Shown here one piece after another: positions 59,600-64,000 of a stretch of DNA of 64,000 nt. A model generated the notes under the pieces. It was not told where the DNA came from. It saw nothing but the letters and a program-made list of their open reading frames with translations, and ran no database searches. Source of the DNA: Macrostomum hystrix. Taxonomy: Eukaryota; Animalia; Platyhelminthes. The stretch is from positions 2,604,001 through 2,668,000 of the forward strand of contig CATNEN010000030.1 of the NCBI GenBank assembly GCA_950097015.1, read 5' to 3'. Numbering within the stretch: position 1 is the first letter of the stretch; each line of letters begins with the position of its first letter. A program made the translations under genes and the position numbers.

Positions 59600-60248
59600 A
59601 CTAGAGCGACATCATTACGCAAAAGGACATTAACGCGCATCCTACGTGCGTCTTAATGTCACCAAAAGTGCATATCAAATGTATTTAATTTGCTATTTGC
59701 TATACACAAACATAAACTTGGCCTATACTAATCGACCTCACCTCGACCACTGTGCTTCCAGGTTTATTAGCTCGTATTAGTTTAATGCTTAGAATTGCAA
59801 TCCGTAACTGAACTAGACTAGTTCGGCTGCAGCGCACGTCAATTGAGGTGGAACATTATTATTTTCATTCAAGCTAAGTTTTAAGGCTAAGTTTTAAAAT
59901 TCAAGCTAAAATCACGTGACATTGCCGGATTGGCTCGTTGCCTGCATGGCCAGGAATTGATTGCTTATAGCGGTTTTGCAGTCTGTTATCTCTGTGTGTG
60001 TGTGTGGCCAAACTTATGTGGCCGCGCGTAGGTGTTTTAGTCGGATAAGGTTAGAACACCAGCTTTCTTACAAATAGCCAAGCCCAGAGCAACGCACAGT
60101 GCCTAGTTGTCTGGAAGTCAGCTGACTGCCTTGTTAAGACAATCCCGCTAAAGCCTGCTAGACCTTGCATATTACTGGAGAACGTAGCAATACAATTTCA
60201 GGTTTAATAGGCGCAGCAAAGCTAAAAGTTCAGCTATCAAAGGCCGTC

Positions 60249-63200
60249 ATGTCAGCTGCGAACGACAAAAGTACAGTGCGTCTGGCGAATCCCAATCTGA
60301 AGGACGACCGGCACGATGTACTTTACCACATCGGGCTGGATAACAAGAAGCACGACCTGAAGGCTATGTTTGGCGATACCAAGGTAAACCTAGCTAAACA
60401 ATAGGGGGAGTTCCGTAACCTAATGTCTAGAGCTGCGAACTTCTGTCCTAGAGGTCCGGAGTTCAAATCTCAGGTCGTTAGTTTGAATCTCAGGTCGGTA
60501 GTTCGAATCTCAGTAGGTAGTCGGTAGTTGTCGGTAGTTGAAACATCAGTTGAAACATCAGTTGAAACATCAGTTGAAACATCAGTTGAAACATCAGTTG
60601 AAACATCAGTTGAAACATCAGTTGAAACATCAGTTGAAGCATCAGTTGAAACATCAGTTGAAACATCAGTTGAAACATCAGTTGAAACATCAGTTGAAAC
60701 ATCAGTTGAAACATCAGTTGAAACATCAGTTGAAACATCAGTTGAAACATCAGTTGAAACATCAGTTGAAGCATCAGTTGAAACATCAGTTGAAGCATCA
60801 GTTGAAACAAAACACGTTAAAATTCTAGAACAGTAAAATCCCGGTGTCTCAACACCGCTGACACAATCAAAATTATTCCACAGGTGGTGTGCATGGGTGG
60901 CAGCAGCGGCCGGATGAAGCGGCTGGCGGAGGACCTGGCAGCTGAGCTGGGCATCCCGCTGCCAGCGGGGCGCGGCCTTGAGAACATCATCCCCGACACG
61001 GATCGATACGTCATGTACAAGATTGGGCCCATTGTCTGCGTAAATGTGAGCTGGGCCACACCCACTACCAGCGGCCAACACCCACTACCCGCTACACACA
61101 CCTGCTACCAGCTACCCATACCCACTACCAGCTACCCATACCCACTACAAGCTACCCATACCCACTACCAGCTACCCATACCCACTACCAGCTACCCATA
61201 CCCACTACAAGCTACCCACACCCACTAACAGCTGCCAACACCCACTACCCGCTGCCCACACACACTATCTACTGCCAACACCCACTACCCGCTACACACA
61301 CTCACTAGCAGCTGCCAACACCCACTAGAAGCTACCCACACCCACTACCAGCTGCCCACAGCCACTACCAGCTACCCATACCCACTACCAGCTGCCCACA
61401 CCCACTACCAGCTACCCATACCCACTACCAGCTACCCACAGCCACACCCACTACCCACTGCCCACACCCACTTCCAGCTACCCACACCCACTTCCATCTA
61501 CCCATACCCACTACCAGCTACCCACACCCACACCCACGACCCGCTACCCACACCTACCACCCGCTGCCCAGAGATTCCTCTCTAAATCAGTGCCTGTGTA
61601 CCACCCGCAGCACGGCATGGGCATACCTTCCATCTTGATCCTGCTGCACGAGCTGGCTAAACTGATGAGTCTTTCAGGTGCCACCGGTGTCACCTTCTTC
61701 CGTATGGGGACCTGCGGCGGTCTAGGAATCGAACCGGGGACCGTCTGTATTTCAAGTCGCTCTTTAAATGGCGAATTGGAGCCCTACCTGGAGCAGGTAA
61801 AGTGTTCCTGATTTCCAAATGTCTGAAAAATCGTTCATAGAAACTTTTTGAGTATAGCTTAACAAATTATAAGTGCATTTATTTGGCAGTTCATTCTCGG
61901 CGAGCGAACACGCCGCGAGGCCGTCTTCAACCCGGAGCTGTCACAGGAGCTGCTCGACTTAGCCAAGGAGCTGGACATTGCTGCAGTCTGCGGGGCCACC
62001 TTGTGCACTATCGACTTCTACGAAGGTTTGGGAAATCCCACCTCACTCAAATCCCCCACATTGAAATCCCACCTCAATGAAATCCCACCTCAATGAAATC
62101 CCACCTCATTGAAATCCCATCTCATTGATATCCCATATCATTGAAATACCCCACATTGAAATCCCACCTCATTGAAATACCCCACATTGAAATCCCACCT
62201 CATTGAAATACCCCACAATGAAATCCCACCTCATTGAAATACCCCACATTGAAATCCTACCTCATTGAAATACCCCACATTGAAATCCTACCTCATTGAA
62301 ATACCCCACATTGAAATCCCACTTCATTGAAATACCCCACATTGAAATCCCACCTCATTGAAATACCCCACATTGAAATCCCAACTTATTGAAATCCCAC
62401 CTCATTGAAATCCCAACTCATTGAAATCCCAACTCATTGAAATCCCACCTCATTGAAATACCCCACATTGAAATCCCACCTCATTGAAATACCCCACATT
62501 GAAATCCCAACTTATTGAAATCCCACCTCATTGAAATCCCAACTCATTGAAATCCCAACTCATTGAAATCCCACCTCATTGAAACCTCACCTCATTGAAA
62601 TCCCAACTTATTGAAATCCCAACTGATTGAAATCCCAACTTATTGAAACCCCACTTCATTGAAATTTCACTTCTTTGAAGTATCACCGGTGCACTTCTGC
62701 CCACCTCAATCAGCCGGTATTTGTGCTCACACGTTGCAGAGCAGGGCCGCATTGATGGAGCTGTCTGTGAGCACACCTGGGAGCAGCGTAATCAGTTCCT
62801 CCGTCGAGCCCACGATGCAGGAGTGCGCAACATCGAAATGGAGTCTCTGGCACTGGCTGCATTTACAAACCGGCTGGGCATTCGAGGTACTCAAGGATCA
62901 GGGATATTTGCTGGGGATTAGCGGTTCATCAAAGGATATTTAGTTGAGCACAGGTGGTTCATCAAAGGATATTTAGATAAGGACAAGCGGCACATCAAAG
63001 GATATTTAGTTAAGGACTGGCGGCTCATCAAAGGATATTTAGTTAAGGACTGGCGGCTCATCAAAGGATATTTAGTTAAGGACTGGCGGCACATCAAAGG
63101 ATATTTAGTTAAGGACTGGCGGCACATCAAAGGATATTTAGTTAAGTACAGGCGGCACATCAAAGGATATTTAGTTAAGTACAGGCGGCACATCAAAGGA

Positions 63201-63426
63201 TATTTAGTTAAGGACAGGCGGCTCAGGAAAGCAGCTTGTCCCACAAAAGCCAGCGGACACCGGATTAGCATTTTTAACCTCCTCAGCTGCCTGCATCGCG
63301 GTGACACTGCTGGACAGGTTCCAGCAGGACCAGGTGAAACACGAGCCAGGTGAAGTGGCCAGATTTGAGCGCCGAATGCTGCTCATCGTGGCGGCCTACG
63401 TCAGGCGCAGAGGAATCTGCAGTTAG
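60249..63426 (+). CDS. UPP1: Uridine phosphorylase (eukaryotic UPP type), 6 exons
   Basis: Exons 60249-60383, 60884-61045, 61611-61796, 61890-62025, 62740-62886, 63287-63426, phase-consistent. Motifs DVLYHIGL, MFGD.KVVCMGGS..RM, HGMGIPSI.ILLHEL, RMGTCGG.G, TIDFYEEQGRIDGA, RNIEMES, VTLLDR..QDQ. Confidence 0.93.
60536..60808. repeat. 12-bp tandem repeat in UPP intron 1
   Basis: (gttgaaacatca)n, about 23 copies. Confidence 0.97.
61052..61570. repeat. ~20-bp C-rich repeat filling UPP intron 2
   Basis: Unit cccactaccagctacccata, about 25 degenerate copies. Confidence 0.92.
62030..62668. repeat. 15/16-bp composite repeat filling UPP intron 4
   Basis: Alternating attgaaatcccacctc and attgaaataccccac monomers. 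Confidence 0.95.
62905..63225. repeat. 33-bp repeat filling UPP intron 5
   Basis: Unit catcaaaggatatttagttaaggactggcggca, about 9 copies. Confidence 0.92.
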
Positions 63427-63467
63427 GACTTGAGGCGACATGTACGTTCTTGAATACTTCACAGATC

Positions 63468-63973
63468 TCCCAGCTGTCCTACAGCACCCAGATCCAGCTG
63501 TCCTACAGCACCCAGATCCAGCTGTTCTACAGCACCCAGTTCCAGCTGTCCTACAGCACCCAGTTCCAGCTGTCCTACAGCACCCAGTTCCAGCTGTCCT
63601 ACAGCACCCAGTTCCAGCTGTCCTACAGCACCCAGTTCCAGCTGTCCTACAGCACCCAGTTCCAGCTGTCCTACAGCACCCAGTTCCAGCTGTCCTACAG
63701 TACCCAGTTCCAGCTGTCCTACAGTACCCAGTTCCAGCTGTCCTACAGTACCCAGTTCCAGCTGTCCTACAGTACCCAGTTCGAGCTGTCCTACAGTACC
63801 CAGTTCCAGCTGTCCTACAGCACCCAGTTCCAGCTGTCCTACAGTACCCAGTTCCAGCTGTCCTACAGTACCCAGTTCCAGCTGTCCTACAGTACCCAGT
63901 TCCAGCTGTCCTACAGTACCCAGTTCCAGCTGTCCTACAGCACCCAGTTCCAGCTGTCCTACAGCACCCAGTT
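63468..63973. repeat. 24-bp repeat in the putative UPP 3'UTR
   Basis: Unit cccagttccagctgtcctacagta/ca, about 21 copies. Confidence 0.97.
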
Positions 63974-64000
63974 TTATTTATCTGTTGCCAAAATGATTCC

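Overview
A 64 kb eukaryotic, intron-rich window. GC-rich Ala/Gln-rich exons and minisatellite-filled introns suggest a free-living flatworm such as Macrostomum (inference, not verified). I assembled exon chains by hand for these genes: the 3' end of a TUT4/7-type terminal uridylyltransferase with a polyQ tail; an intronless orphan single-TM ORF; an 18-exon PLCL/PRIP-family phospholipase C-like gene (- strand) with an unusual active site; SENP8/NEDP1; an LMO7/LIMCH1-family CH+LIM gene; an intronless pQMFRYamide neuropeptide precursor; SLC25A33/36 (- strand); and uridine phosphorylase. Mobile DNA comprises an end-complete non-autonomous Helitron with a nested hAT-type MITE, a long-TIR Tc1/IS630-type element with a frameshifted transposase, and two tRNA-derived SINE families. 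About 27 unrelated tandem arrays fill the introns and UTRs. Many begin at or within about 30 nt of 5' splice sites, two duplicate the donor itself, and two carry tandem transcription-factor consensus motifs (RFX X-box, NF-Y CCAAT). Repeat boundaries and copy numbers are estimates by eye. No database searches were run.
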